DNA from: Candidatus Wirthbacteria bacterium
Lineage (GTDB): Bacteria > Patescibacteriota > CG2-30-54-11
Length of the DNA: 64,000 nt
NCBI GenBank assembly: GCA_903889905.1
Contig: CAISZI010000046.1
Location: 853 to 64,852 of the forward strand
Direction: 5' to 3'
Shown: in pieces, positions 19,193 through 28,419 of the stretch
Layout: each line of letters begins with the position of its first letter
Position numbering within the stretch: position 1 is the first letter of the stretch
The notes under the pieces: generated by a model
Seen by the model: only the letters and a program-made list of their open reading frames with translations
What the model was told of the DNA's origin: nothing
Databases searched by the model: none
Translations under genes and position numbers: made by a program

Positions 19193-19957
19193 ATGCAACT
19201 CCTCACCCTCAACATCTGGGGCGGCAAACTCCTCGAGCCGCTCCTCCAATTTGTTTCTGAGCAGGCGACGGCAACGGACGTCTTTTGCTTTCAGGAAATG
19301 TACCGCGCGCCCCACGACCAACTGATCAGCCGCGACATGCATGCCGACCTGTTTGGGCTAATCTCTCAAAAACTTCCCAACCACCAGGGTTTTTTCGCAC
19401 CACATCTAAGAGGTTATGACCTCAGCGGCAAGGTAGGTTTCAAGCTCGAAAGTGGCTTGGCAATATTCGTACGCAAGACGTTCAAAGTGGACGAATGCAG
19501 CGACTTCTTTATCTTTCGTAATGGCTTTGATCTGGAGAACAACGACATCGCCACCATTCCCCGCAACCTCCAGTACCTCAAGTTTGCAACGCCCGACAAA
19601 AACTACCTTATCAGCCACTTCCATGGTCTCTGGTTTCCCAAAACCAAACTCGACACTGAAGACCGCCTCAAACAATCTCAAACCATCCGTCACTTTCTCG
19701 ATTCCCGCCCCGAAGCCAAACTCCTCTGCGGCGACTTCAACCTGCTGCCCACCACACAAAGTGTCCAAATCCTCGAACAAGGCATGACCAATCTGATCAC
19801 CAAGTACAAGATCCCCACCACCCGCAACCGCCACTACCAGCGAGAGGAAAAACACGCCGACTATGTGCTTGTTTCGCCGGAGATAACGGATCTAAGTTGT
19901 GAGGCGCTCAACGTGGAGGTGTCGGATCATTTGCCGGTGAAGGTGGAGTTTAAATAA
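19193..19957 (+). CDS. Endonuclease/exonuclease/phosphatase (EEP) family protein
   Basis: LNIWGG and FCFQEM N-terminal motifs, with C-terminal SDHLPV. Confidence 0.75.
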   Translation: MQLLTLNIWGGKLLEPLLQFVSEQATATDVFCFQEMYRAPHDQLISRDMHADLFGLISQKLPNHQGFFAPHLRGYDLSGKVGFKLESGLAIFVRKTFKVDECSDFFIFRNGFDLENNDIATIPRNLQYLKFATPDKNYLISHFHGLWFPKTKLDTEDRLKQSQTIRHFLDSRPEAKLLCGDFNLLPTTQSVQILEQGMTNLITKYKIPTTRNRHYQREEKHADYVLVSPEITDLSCEALNVEVSDHLPVKVEFK

Positions 19958-19971
19958 TTATTGAGCCTCCC

Positions 19972-20829
19972 ATGATCCAATCCCTCATCATCGACGTCGA
20001 CGGCGTGATTGTTGGCGAAAAGGACGGTTACAACTTCCCCTATCCGCACCCCGACGTGATCGCGCGGCTCAAGGCCATTCGCGCCAAAGGAATCTTTGTC
20101 AGCCTGTGCACAGCCAAGCCTTATTATTCGGTCCAGAAGATAATCGAAGATGCGCACCTCGACAACCTGCACATTACCGAAGGCGGCGGCGTGATCATCG
20201 ACTCTCTCGACCACGTCATTCTCAAAAAGCACACCATTCCAACACCACAGTCTCTCCAGACCATCGACCTCTGCCTCAAGCACGGCATTTATACCGAACT
20301 CTACGCACTCGACCAGTACTACGTCCTCCGCGGCCAGATCAAGCCACTCACCCAAGTCCACGCGTCCATCCTCCAGCGCGACCCGGTGATCGTGGATTCA
20401 CTGCACGCCGTGGCCAAAGAACAAGAAATTGTCAAAATCATGGCCATTGCCACAGACACCACCTCGGACAAAGACCGCATCACCGCGCTATTCAAACCCT
20501 ATGCCGACGAGCTCACCCTGAGCTGGGGCGTGCATCCGGTCGCGCTGCCCAACATTTTCGGCATCGTCACCACCAAAGGCATTTCCAAGCAGCAGGGCAC
20601 CATCGAGATCAGCCAAAGCGAGGGTGTGAGTCCAGACCACATGCTCGGCATCGGCGACAGTACCAGCGACTGGCAATTCATCGAATCCTGCCGCTACGCC
20701 GGCGCCATGGGCAATGCCACTGCCGACCTCAAATCCCTGGTCCAAACCAAAGGCGAAGGAAACTTCGTGATTGGGAAATCGGTGGATGAGAATGGAATTT
20801 TGGGGATATTGGATTGGTTCGGGGTGTGA
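19972..20829 (+). CDS. Cof-type HAD-IIB phosphatase
   Basis: Motif I IIDVDGVIV and C-terminal GIGDSTSDWQFIESCRYAGAMGNA. Confidence 0.8.
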   Translation: MIQSLIIDVDGVIVGEKDGYNFPYPHPDVIARLKAIRAKGIFVSLCTAKPYYSVQKIIEDAHLDNLHITEGGGVIIDSLDHVILKKHTIPTPQSLQTIDLCLKHGIYTELYALDQYYVLRGQIKPLTQVHASILQRDPVIVDSLHAVAKEQEIVKIMAIATDTTSDKDRITALFKPYADELTLSWGVHPVALPNIFGIVTTKGISKQQGTIEISQSEGVSPDHMLGIGDSTSDWQFIESCRYAGAMGNATADLKSLVQTKGEGNFVIGKSVDENGILGILDWFGV

Positions 20830-20855
20830 TAGAACGCTGACATTGTTGTAAAATT

Positions 20856-20883
20856 ATCTATGCATAGTATACTATACATAGAT
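20856..20883. promoter_or_regulatory. 28-bp near-perfect palindrome ATCTATGCATAGTATACTATACATAGAT at the insertion junction upstream of the DUF4143 ATPase gene
   Basis: Symmetric apart from one mismatched position pair. It contains a TATACT -10-like hexamer. Confidence 0.4.
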
Positions 20884-20898
20884 AAAAAAGGAGCGATA

Positions 20899-22368
20899 AT
20901 GGTTAGAAACAAAGCACAAACTGAGGACGTCTTCACTATCGCCTCCCTCATCAACACCCTCGCGACCTACAATCCCTGGTGGACAAATCTGGATTTCGTT
21001 TGGAACAATCCCTCATTCAAACGGGATTCCTTTGCCTCTGGCGTGCAGCACCTGAAGGAAACGCATGGATTAGCCCTTCTCATCAATGGACCACGCCGCG
21101 TGGGCAAGACCACCCTGATGAGACAACTGATCGAATATCTGGTGCAACAAAAACAAGTTTCCCCACAGCGTATCCTTTTTTTCTCCCTTGACGATCCCTT
21201 CATCCAGCAATTTCCAGCCAATGAGCGGGGCGCGGCGTTTGAAAAAATCATTGCCCAATGGGAAGTTACTCTCAATTTCAAAATTGCGACCTCCCCGGAA
21301 CCCGTTTACTGCTTCCTCGACGAAGTCCAACGACTCCCCAATTGGGAACTCTATATCAAACGTTATGTGGATTTGCAGTATCCCATCCGCTTTGTTATTT
21401 CCGGTTCAGCCTCCCACACGATTTTTCGCAAATCGCTCGAAAGCCTGCTCGGCCGCCTGGTTGAGATTTCCCTGCCGCCCTTCACCTTCCGGGAATGGGT
21501 GCGGTATCACCAGCCAGAATGGGCCAACGTCCTCGACAACATGACACAAACCCGCTTCGACATCAATGACGCCGCCGTGGTCAAAACAGTCATAGAAAAC
21601 GTCGTGGACAGAATAGGCCAGAGAAATCTCACCTTTTTTGACCAATTCGCCTCTGCCTATGCCCGCGCTGGGGGATTCCCGCAACTGTGGACCCAGGAAC
21701 CGTTTGAGCGGGCTCAGTTCGTCGACTTGCAGTATGTCCAACGCGTCACACTGGAAGATCTGAGGCTGATCAAGGAAATTCGGCGACCGGAGATTTTTCA
21801 CCAATTTTTGCGCTATGCCTTTGCCCGCACCGGCGAAGAATACAATTTGGAAGCCTTGGCGACAAAGATCAAAACCACCCGAGTTACCCTATCCGGAGCG
21901 CTTCCGTTGCTACTCCAGACTGAACTGATCCGCAAAGTCGACCGCTTTACACACAAACCCGTTCGTCTCCGCACCACCCACGCCAAACTCTATGCCACGG
22001 ACACGATGCTCTATGAAGCCATCACCAAAGTCCCCGCTGATCTGGATGGCACGGACAAAGGCCGGATCGCCGAAACGCTGGTTTACAATACCATCCGACG
22101 CTTTGCCGGAATCACCGACATTACCTACTATCGCACCAAAGATGGCCAGAATGAGATCGATTTCATCGTCCGCGTCGGCCGCTCGCTCGTCCCCATCGAA
22201 GTCAAAAACCGCGCCGACGCCAAAGCCAACAATTCAGACAGTATGGAGGAATTTCTCAAAGAATTTGCCTCCGAAAGTACCTTTGGGATCATCGTCACCC
22301 GAGCCACGCTTGACCTCTCACAAAAGATACTCAAAATCCCCCTGGCAGTCTTTCTTTTATTGAACTAA
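20899..22368 (+). CDS. AAA+ ATPase with C-terminal DUF4143-like region (COG1373 family)
   Basis: Walker A GPRRVGKTT and Walker B CFLDEVQ. RBS AAGGAG lies upstream of the ATG at 20899. Confidence 0.7.
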   Translation: MVRNKAQTEDVFTIASLINTLATYNPWWTNLDFVWNNPSFKRDSFASGVQHLKETHGLALLINGPRRVGKTTLMRQLIEYLVQQKQVSPQRILFFSLDDPFIQQFPANERGAAFEKIIAQWEVTLNFKIATSPEPVYCFLDEVQRLPNWELYIKRYVDLQYPIRFVISGSASHTIFRKSLESLLGRLVEISLPPFTFREWVRYHQPEWANVLDNMTQTRFDINDAAVVKTVIENVVDRIGQRNLTFFDQFASAYARAGGFPQLWTQEPFERAQFVDLQYVQRVTLEDLRLIKEIRRPEIFHQFLRYAFARTGEEYNLEALATKIKTTRVTLSGALPLLLQTELIRKVDRFTHKPVRLRTTHAKLYATDTMLYEAITKVPADLDGTDKGRIAETLVYNTIRRFAGITDITYYRTKDGQNEIDFIVRVGRSLVPIEVKNRADAKANNSDSMEEFLKEFASESTFGIIVTRATLDLSQKILKIPLAVFLLLN

Positions 22369-22470
22369 CTCAAATCCCTGGTCCAGACCAAAGGCGAAGG
22401 CAACTACGTGATTGGGAAGACGGTGGATGACAATGGGATTTTGGGGATTTTGGATGGGTTTGGGGTGTGA
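22369..22470 (+). pseudogene. Diverged duplicate (~89% identity) of the last ~100 bp of the Cof-HAD gene (20728-20829); gene 3'-end remnant
   Basis: Direct comparison gives about 11 mismatches in 102 bp. It encodes LKSLVQTKGEGNYVIGKTVDDNGILGILDGFGV* against LKSLVQTKGEGNFVIGKSVDENGILGILDWFGV* in the intact gene. Confidence 0.7.
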
Positions 22471-22474
22471 AAAT

Positions 22475-23173
22475 ATGGATATAAAAATTTCTTTCGAAAA
22501 ATATGATTTTGCGAATGTTATTTACGGCACTGAGGATACTGAATGTATTTCGTTATTCCGATCTCACTATCAAAAACAAATAGATTCTTTTATTAAAAAT
22601 ATTCATTCTTCTTATTTACGCTATCTAGATCTTTCGAAGTTAATTAATGGAAGCGAACGAAAAAGTCATATTACTTTGTTTGTCTTTGCTTCGATTAATA
22701 ACATAGCCTTGGCGTGTAAATTTTTATTATCAAGCTTATTGCCAGCCTCTGGACATCACTCACGAATGTTCGTTGAAGCAATTTTAAGTTCGATGTTAAT
22801 GTCAAAAGATAATCTTGACCAAAAATATTATAAAGACTATGCGTCTGACTTTAATAGTTTTAAGTCTCATAAAGTCTTTCGATATATTGAAAACAATCTT
22901 ATGATGCTAAAAATGCCAAAAGACTCATGGGAAAATATTAAAAAAATAAAAGACCACTACAATCATTTTTGCCATGCCTCTGCCTTTTCACTTGCTACTA
23001 ATTATTTACTAGAAAAAAAAGAGGAACCTGGATCTGTGCTTATCCTAGGCTCGGCTTTTGACAGTCGGAAACTTGCTCTTTATACCAAAGAATTAGACAG
23101 ACTTATTTCGGCGTCGACGCTCATAAATTCTGTTATAGACTACTTAATACTTGAATTCAAAACTTTGAAATAA
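22475..23173 (+). CDS. Hypothetical protein (232 aa) in an AT-rich (~32% GC) segment; probably horizontally acquired
   Basis: Sharp compositional break against the ~57% GC flanks. N/K/I/L/S-rich ORF with no recognised domain. Confidence 0.5.
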   Translation: MDIKISFEKYDFANVIYGTEDTECISLFRSHYQKQIDSFIKNIHSSYLRYLDLSKLINGSERKSHITLFVFASINNIALACKFLLSSLLPASGHHSRMFVEAILSSMLMSKDNLDQKYYKDYASDFNSFKSHKVFRYIENNLMMLKMPKDSWENIKKIKDHYNHFCHASAFSLATNYLLEKKEEPGSVLILGSAFDSRKLALYTKELDRLISASTLINSVIDYLILEFKTLK

Positions 23174-23197
23174 TATTCCCCAAACAAGGGCCCCATC

Positions 23198-23314
23198 ATG
23201 CCCACCTCCCCACCCATCGTCTCCACCCACTCCCTGCGCAAAACGTTCAAAGGCAAAGGCGGCAAGCCTGTCGACTCTATGACTGACCCAGTATCAACAG
23301 TTTTAATACGGTAG
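23198..23314 (+). pseudogene. Possible short N-terminal remnant of an ABC ATPase gene
   Basis: MPTSPPIVSTHSLRKTFKGKGGKPV resembles an ABC ATPase N-terminus, and the ORF stops after 38 codons. Weak. Confidence 0.2.
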
Positions 23315-23473
23315 CAACGACGACCGTCAGGGCGCGGATCAACGATTCGTTCGGAAGTCATGCCATCGTTGAATCCATTGTGATTTTCATCTGCCTCACC
23401 GTCATCACCCTCAGCTGGTTCATCCACGTGATGTGCGAAGCGGTGGCGTAAAGACGGTAGTCCCGTTCCTGTT

Positions 23474-23574
23474 GTCATTGCGAGCCATTCAAAATGGAGT
23501 GGCAATCTAGTTCTCTTTCGACGACTTTAATGCAAACCACTAGATTGCCACGTCGCTGACTTCTCGCAATGACG
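23474..23574. repeat. Nested inverted repeats: outer 11-bp GTCATTGCGAG/CTCGCAATGAC and inner 12-bp TGGCAATCTAGT/ACTAGATTGCCA with a 27-nt loop
   Basis: Perfect complementarity in both arm pairs, and no trailing U-run. It sits directly 3' of the ABC permease gene on the minus strand. Confidence 0.45.
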
Positions 23575-23580
23575 GAGTAT

Positions 23581-25506
23581 TTATTCCCCCCTCATCGCCT
23601 CAATCGGTGACGTATTGGCCGCGGTATCGGCCGGGATCAACGCAATCACCAGGGTTATGACAAGCAGAATGACGCTATGGATTTTAAATGTGGCAAAATC
23701 AATCAGCGAGAACTGGGAATTACTCACCGGGTTGACCACGTTGAAAGCATCTTTGATGGATTTGCCGAGCACGTCCACAAACCAGGTGTGCATGGGCGCA
23801 GAGATCAATTTTATCGAAACTATTCCCACCAGCACGCCTACGCCGTAGCCGATCACGGTCAAGACCAACGCCTGCCAGAAGAATAACGCGCGGATCTTGT
23901 CTTTGCTCATGCCGAGCGCCCGGTAGACGCCGATTTCACGTTTGCCTTCGCTGACGAATTTGCTCATGACAAAGCCGATCAGGATGATGCTCAGCACCAC
24001 AAAAGCCAGGCTAAAACCCCAGGTGGCCAGACTGAGGTTGCGCTGCAGGTCACGGAAAATGTTGGTCTTGGAATTATCCTGAAAACCATACCCGGCCTGG
24101 TTCATTGCTTCGACCACGGCAGGGCGGTCATAAATCGAATTGATCTTGATTTCCATGGTATCACCAATCACCGGCACGGTACTGAGGAATGACAAATCCT
24201 TGATTTCGCCCTGTACCGAACTGTCGGTGCGTTTGACCGAGATGATCAAACCCGGAATCGTATAAGACGTCAGCGCGCCCGGCGGTCCTCCCAAGCTTGC
24301 CCCGCCGACAGCCACCGCAGTCGTCGTGCTACTTACCGCGACAGCCGATCCCATCATACCGGTGCTGAGTGTGGCGCCCCCACCCATCATGCTAAAAATA
24401 TCCTGCTTAAACGACACGCCGTCGTAATTCTGGCCCAAAAACGTGCTGCCGAGCAGTGCTTTGTCGATCGCTTTGGTAGTGCGGGCATCGATCTGGTGCT
24501 GGTAGTAGTCATGCTGGATTTTGTTCAATGCCGCTGGCGGGACATAGGACATGGCGCCGTCTTCGACAATGCCGACAACTTTGAATTTGTAGCTGATGGG
24601 CGCCTTGATCTTGGCGTAATCCCAGTAGGGAGCAATGGCGTCTGACTGTTTTTTGTCGGTCGCGGCAAGCTCTTCGGTCGTGTATTTGTGAAATTTGAGT
24701 CCGGTCTCGGTGGGTGTAGTGCTAAAATCCTGTCCGGCCTGTAAGCCACCAATATCCACAGTAAAAACCTTGCCGATCAAAGTGTTTTTGTCAAAATTGA
24801 CGGCGCGTTGCTGATTGGGAAAGGGATTTGCTCCGTCACTGCCGTTGGCATTGATCGTGGCGGACGTTCCGCTCGTAACCATGCCGCTTGCTGCGGTCGA
24901 TCCAGCGTTGATCGCAGCTGCCTTGGGAAAGGTCATTTCCATGTCCTGTTTGCCGTTCCACTGTTCGTACTCTTCGATAAAACCACTTGCATTCAGGATC
25001 ACCGGAATGGGCTGGCCGTCCTGATAGCTAAAATCACTACTGGTGTATTTGCTGGCAAAGGCGCTGTCCAGACCCTGGAAGCTCATCAGGCTCACTTTTT
25101 TGCCCGCAAACAAATCCGACGATGCCATCTGGTTCACATTGAGCGCTTGCAAAATGCTGGCTTTCTGCACACCCGCTATCGCGCTCACAGCGTCCTGGTC
25201 TTTCTGGTTGTAGCCATTCTGGGTCGGATCGGCATTGAAACTGACCATACGCACCGCACCACCGCTCGTTGATGTTCCACCCGGCAGATTGGCCATGGGA
25301 TTTTTGCTCAGCTCCAGCACGCGGTTCTGCTCCTCAACCGTGCCCACGATCATGCCCTGCGCGGCGCTGCGGATGTTACTGGTTTCGCTGACAATGATCA
25401 AACCAAGCGCGACAAGTATTGCCATGGGTATTACCAGAAACAGCGCTTTGCTTTTATAGAAAAATAATTTTTTGAAATTGATCACCAAAATTTGCCAAAA
25501 CGACAT
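23581..25506 (-). CDS. ABC transporter permease, MacB/FtsX-like (N-terminal TM, large extracytoplasmic domain, C-terminal FtsX 4-TM)
   Basis: Matching topology and C-terminal FtsX-like helices. The preferred start is MSFWQ at 25506, preceded by AGGAG; the tracked ORF extends to 25560. Confidence 0.8.
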   Translation of the reverse strand: MSFWQILVINFKKLFFYKSKALFLVIPMAILVALGLIIVSETSNIRSAAQGMIVGTVEEQNRVLELSKNPMANLPGGTSTSGGAVRMVSFNADPTQNGYNQKDQDAVSAIAGVQKASILQALNVNQMASSDLFAGKKVSLMSFQGLDSAFASKYTSSDFSYQDGQPIPVILNASGFIEEYEQWNGKQDMEMTFPKAAAINAGSTAASGMVTSGTSATINANGSDGANPFPNQQRAVNFDKNTLIGKVFTVDIGGLQAGQDFSTTPTETGLKFHKYTTEELAATDKKQSDAIAPYWDYAKIKAPISYKFKVVGIVEDGAMSYVPPAALNKIQHDYYQHQIDARTTKAIDKALLGSTFLGQNYDGVSFKQDIFSMMGGGATLSTGMMGSAVAVSSTTTAVAVGGASLGGPPGALTSYTIPGLIISVKRTDSSVQGEIKDLSFLSTVPVIGDTMEIKINSIYDRPAVVEAMNQAGYGFQDNSKTNIFRDLQRNLSLATWGFSLAFVVLSIILIGFVMSKFVSEGKREIGVYRALGMSKDKIRALFFWQALVLTVIGYGVGVLVGIVSIKLISAPMHTWFVDVLGKSIKDAFNVVNPVSNSQFSLIDFATFKIHSVILLVITLVIALIPADTAANTSPIEAMRGE

Positions 25507-25531
25507 GAATGTCTCCTCGTTATGCTTTAAA

Positions 25532-26239
25532 TTATTTATTTTTGTCTTTGACGACTTCACCTTTTTCGATGCGGATGGTACGTTTGCAATGCTTGCTCAC
25601 CGCGCTATCGTGCGTCACCACGACCAAAGCGGTGCCATCTTTGATGATCTCGTCAAACATGGCCAGGATCGTGTTGGCGTTGTCCTTGTCCAGGTTGCCG
25701 GTGGGTTCGTCGGCCAAAATCATGTTGGGTTCGTTCGCCAGTGCCCGCGCCACGGCCACGCGTTGCTGTTCGCCGCCCGACATTTGTTTGGGCAGATATT
25801 TGAGCCGGTCGACCATGCCAAAACGTTGCAACAAGACTTCGGCTCTGGCCATCGCCACCTTGTAACTCTTGCCGGCAATCAGCAGTGGAACCGCCACGTT
25901 CTGCTGCGCCGTGAGGTAGGATTGCAGATTGAAAGTCTGAAAAACAAAGCCGATGGCCTGATTGCGAAATTGCGACAGTTCCTTGTCCCCGAATTTGCTC
26001 AAGTTGTGGCCCTCAACCAGGATCTCACCACTGGTGGGAGTATCCAGTCCGCCCAGCAGATGCATAAGCGTGGATTTGCCCGAGCCCGACGGTCCTTCGA
26101 TGGCCAGACTTTCGCCTTTCTGGATGACGAAAGACACATTGTCCAAAGCTTTGAATTTGTGTGACCCCTGCTGGTAAACACGGGTAACGCTTTTGACTTC
26201 GATCATTGGTTTTTGTCCATTTAATATGACACGACGCAT
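25532..26239 (-). CDS. ABC transporter ATP-binding protein (MacB/LolD-like)
   Basis: Walker A GPSGSGKST, signature LSGGEQQR and Walker B ILADEPT. Confidence 0.9.
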   Translation of the reverse strand: MRRVILNGQKPMIEVKSVTRVYQQGSHKFKALDNVSFVIQKGESLAIEGPSGSGKSTLMHLLGGLDTPTSGEILVEGHNLSKFGDKELSQFRNQAIGFVFQTFNLQSYLTAQQNVAVPLLIAGKSYKVAMARAEVLLQRFGMVDRLKYLPKQMSGGEQQRVAVARALANEPNMILADEPTGNLDKDNANTILAMFDEIIKDGTALVVVTHDSAVSKHCKRTIRIEKGEVVKDKNK

Positions 26240-26280
26240 GCATCATAAACCGGACGTGTGAAAATGCAATGAAGATCAAA

Positions 26281-26317
26281 CAAAAAACTCACCCGAAGGA
26301 ACTGGGTGAGTTTTTGT
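26281..26317. terminator. Bidirectional rho-independent terminator (ACTCACCC/GGGTGAGT stem flanked by A- and T-runs)
   Basis: Sequence CAAAAAACTCACCCgaaggaactGGGTGAGTTTTTG. Confidence 0.55.
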
Positions 26318-26337
26318 CATGCAACATGAGCATAGGA

Positions 26338-27873
26338 CTAATTCGGCAATATCCCGATCGTACTTAATATCGTATCAATCTCCGTCCAATCCGCCGCACT
26401 TGCACCTGATACATGAATGGCACCCACGATGGTCGTGTCCGTATATCCACCATCAAAGTTGAATTCCGTACTGTTTTCACAAACCACTTGTGTACTGTTG
26501 GGATTGTCAGGCAAACCGGCACGACGCCAGGTAGAATTCTGTGATTGCCGGAATTGCTTGTACGTTCCAAAATAAGAATAGTTGTCCAAATTAGGGTGTG
26601 GTAAGTCCCCGGGATACAAACATCCCACGCTTGCGCCGGGCCCCTGATCGATAGCAATGAATGACTTCCCCTTGGTCAGCATCAAGTTGTAGGTAAACGG
26701 TCCATTTGCGTCAGCAGCATGATGGCTTTCTTTGATTTGCCAGGTAGACGGGTACTGAATCGAGAAACGATGTACATTGGTGAGCACAGCATCGGGTTTG
26801 AAGGAATCGATATAATGCTGTAACCCGGAATCAATCGCCGCTGCTGGCGTCACTTCAATGCGACTTAGAATATTGTCCACGGTACTGAGCAGTGAAGCAT
26901 CGGTGATAGTAATCTGAATATTGCCAATGCTGGTTGGTAAATAATAATGCGTACCACTGTTCCCGGTTTGTTTTTCGCAAACTCTCCAGAGCTGCGTCCC
27001 TGCAGCATAGCTAACCCGGCGCCAAGTTGTGCTGCCGATAGTCAGTTCTTTGAAATTATTAACAACGGGAGCAGCGTTAGGATTGGCATCGCCAGCAAAA
27101 ATGCATTGCGTGCCCCCCATATCGCCACGTTGAATTTGGATCGAAACGCCTGTAGTGGAGACCGAGACATCGGGTGCGCCGGGAGTATCGCTGGCATCCA
27201 GACGCCATGAACAGGGGAAACTCAATTTAAAAGCTGGCAAACCGTTGGGGCTTGCCCCAATATCCGAAACTTGCCAGGTATTATTAGAGGAGCAGAAATC
27301 GGGATTGGTGGAAACCGGCGGGACAACAGCCACTGGCGGGGTAACTGGCAAAACAGGTTGCGAGATCGGCGTACTCAACGGGCTGGTTATAGCGGTATCC
27401 TGTTCCAGCTCCACATTGTATTGATTCCCCTGGTCCTGATAAACCCCATTGATTTCCAGATTGACCGTCACAGTCGTGGTTTTCTTGGCCTCGATCACAA
27501 CATCTTTGTAGCCCGGTTTGTAACCAGATGTGACAAATTTGAGGGTATAGTTGCCTGCTTTGAGCCGCGTAATCGTAAGTGGCGCTTTGCCCTGATAAGT
27601 GGCATTGAGGTAAATATCCATGTTGGGAATTTGCGTGTTGTCCCCGGCGTTCACCACCAGGCTGCCTTTGGGTTCGATCATGTCGGCGATTTGGTTGCGC
27701 AAAGTTTCGCTCGCCATGACGCTCCCCGCGCCAATCACAAGCAGTGCTACAACTCCCACCACAATCTTGATGACTAGCGCTTTTGGGAGCGCTTTCTTGG
27801 GTTTGTTGGGCTGCTGCACGGGGTTTTGGGATTCTACGGCTACCGTATCCGTAACTGGCTTAATTTCTTCCAT
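26338..27873 (-). CDS. Membrane-anchored surface protein with a PEGA-like domain and Pro/Thr-rich linker
   Basis: N-terminal TM segment, then the PEGA-like stretch LTITRLKAGNYTLKFVTSGYKPGYKDVVIEAKKTTTVTVNL. Start MEEIKP at 27873 is preceded by GGAG. Confidence 0.55.
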   Translation of the reverse strand: MEEIKPVTDTVAVESQNPVQQPNKPKKALPKALVIKIVVGVVALLVIGAGSVMASETLRNQIADMIEPKGSLVVNAGDNTQIPNMDIYLNATYQGKAPLTITRLKAGNYTLKFVTSGYKPGYKDVVIEAKKTTTVTVNLEINGVYQDQGNQYNVELEQDTAITSPLSTPISQPVLPVTPPVAVVPPVSTNPDFCSSNNTWQVSDIGASPNGLPAFKLSFPCSWRLDASDTPGAPDVSVSTTGVSIQIQRGDMGGTQCIFAGDANPNAAPVVNNFKELTIGSTTWRRVSYAAGTQLWRVCEKQTGNSGTHYYLPTSIGNIQITITDASLLSTVDNILSRIEVTPAAAIDSGLQHYIDSFKPDAVLTNVHRFSIQYPSTWQIKESHHAADANGPFTYNLMLTKGKSFIAIDQGPGASVGCLYPGDLPHPNLDNYSYFGTYKQFRQSQNSTWRRAGLPDNPNSTQVVCENSTEFNFDGGYTDTTIVGAIHVSGASAADWTEIDTILSTIGILPN

Positions 27874-28096
27874 GTTGTCTCCACTGATGATGGATAAGTA
27901 ATTATTTACTTGGTTTTGATCAATGAGTTGATATTTAATTATAGCATGTATTTGTTTTCTGAAAGGATATAACACCCAAAATGTTTAAAAGTAACATCCT
28001 CTTCACTTCGGCATAGCCATCAGCCATTGTTTTCCCTTGCATCCTCCCCCAATCCCGTCTACCATACTTTTGTTTTGCCATTACGAGGGATAACCT

Positions 28097-28396
28097 ATGC
28101 GAGGATTCATCGACTTCATCCGTGAAAAAGGCGTCGTCGGACTGGCCGTCGGTCTGGTTCTGGGTAGCGCAATCGCCAAATTTGTCTCATCCATTGTCAC
28201 CGACATTGTTTCACCGTTTATCTCGATGTTTACGGGCAAAGCCGATCTGCAGACCTGGGTACTGACCATCAATCATGCCCAATTTCGCCTCGGTGATTTG
28301 CTCTCCAATCTGATCGACTTTCTCTCGGTCGCCGCCGTCATTTACATTTTCGTCGTCAAGCTGGGGCTGGACAAACTGGACAAGAAAAAAACCTGA
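28097..28396 (+). CDS. mscL: Large-conductance mechanosensitive channel MscL
   Basis: 99 aa. GLAVGLVLGSAIAKFVSSIVTDIVSPFI aligns with the MscL TM1 and loop region, and a K-rich C-terminus follows. Confidence 0.85.
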   Translation: MRGFIDFIREKGVVGLAVGLVLGSAIAKFVSSIVTDIVSPFISMFTGKADLQTWVLTINHAQFRLGDLLSNLIDFLSVAAVIYIFVVKLGLDKLDKKKT

Positions 28397-28419
28397 TTTT
28401 TCTATTAAAAAAACAAAAA

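Noticed and set aside
23140-23505. 121-aa minus-strand ORF in the island's right flank
   Set aside because: GC-rich frame overlapping the AT-rich gene end and a plus-strand ABC-like remnant, with no motif and no RBS. It is treated as a non-coding remnant region.
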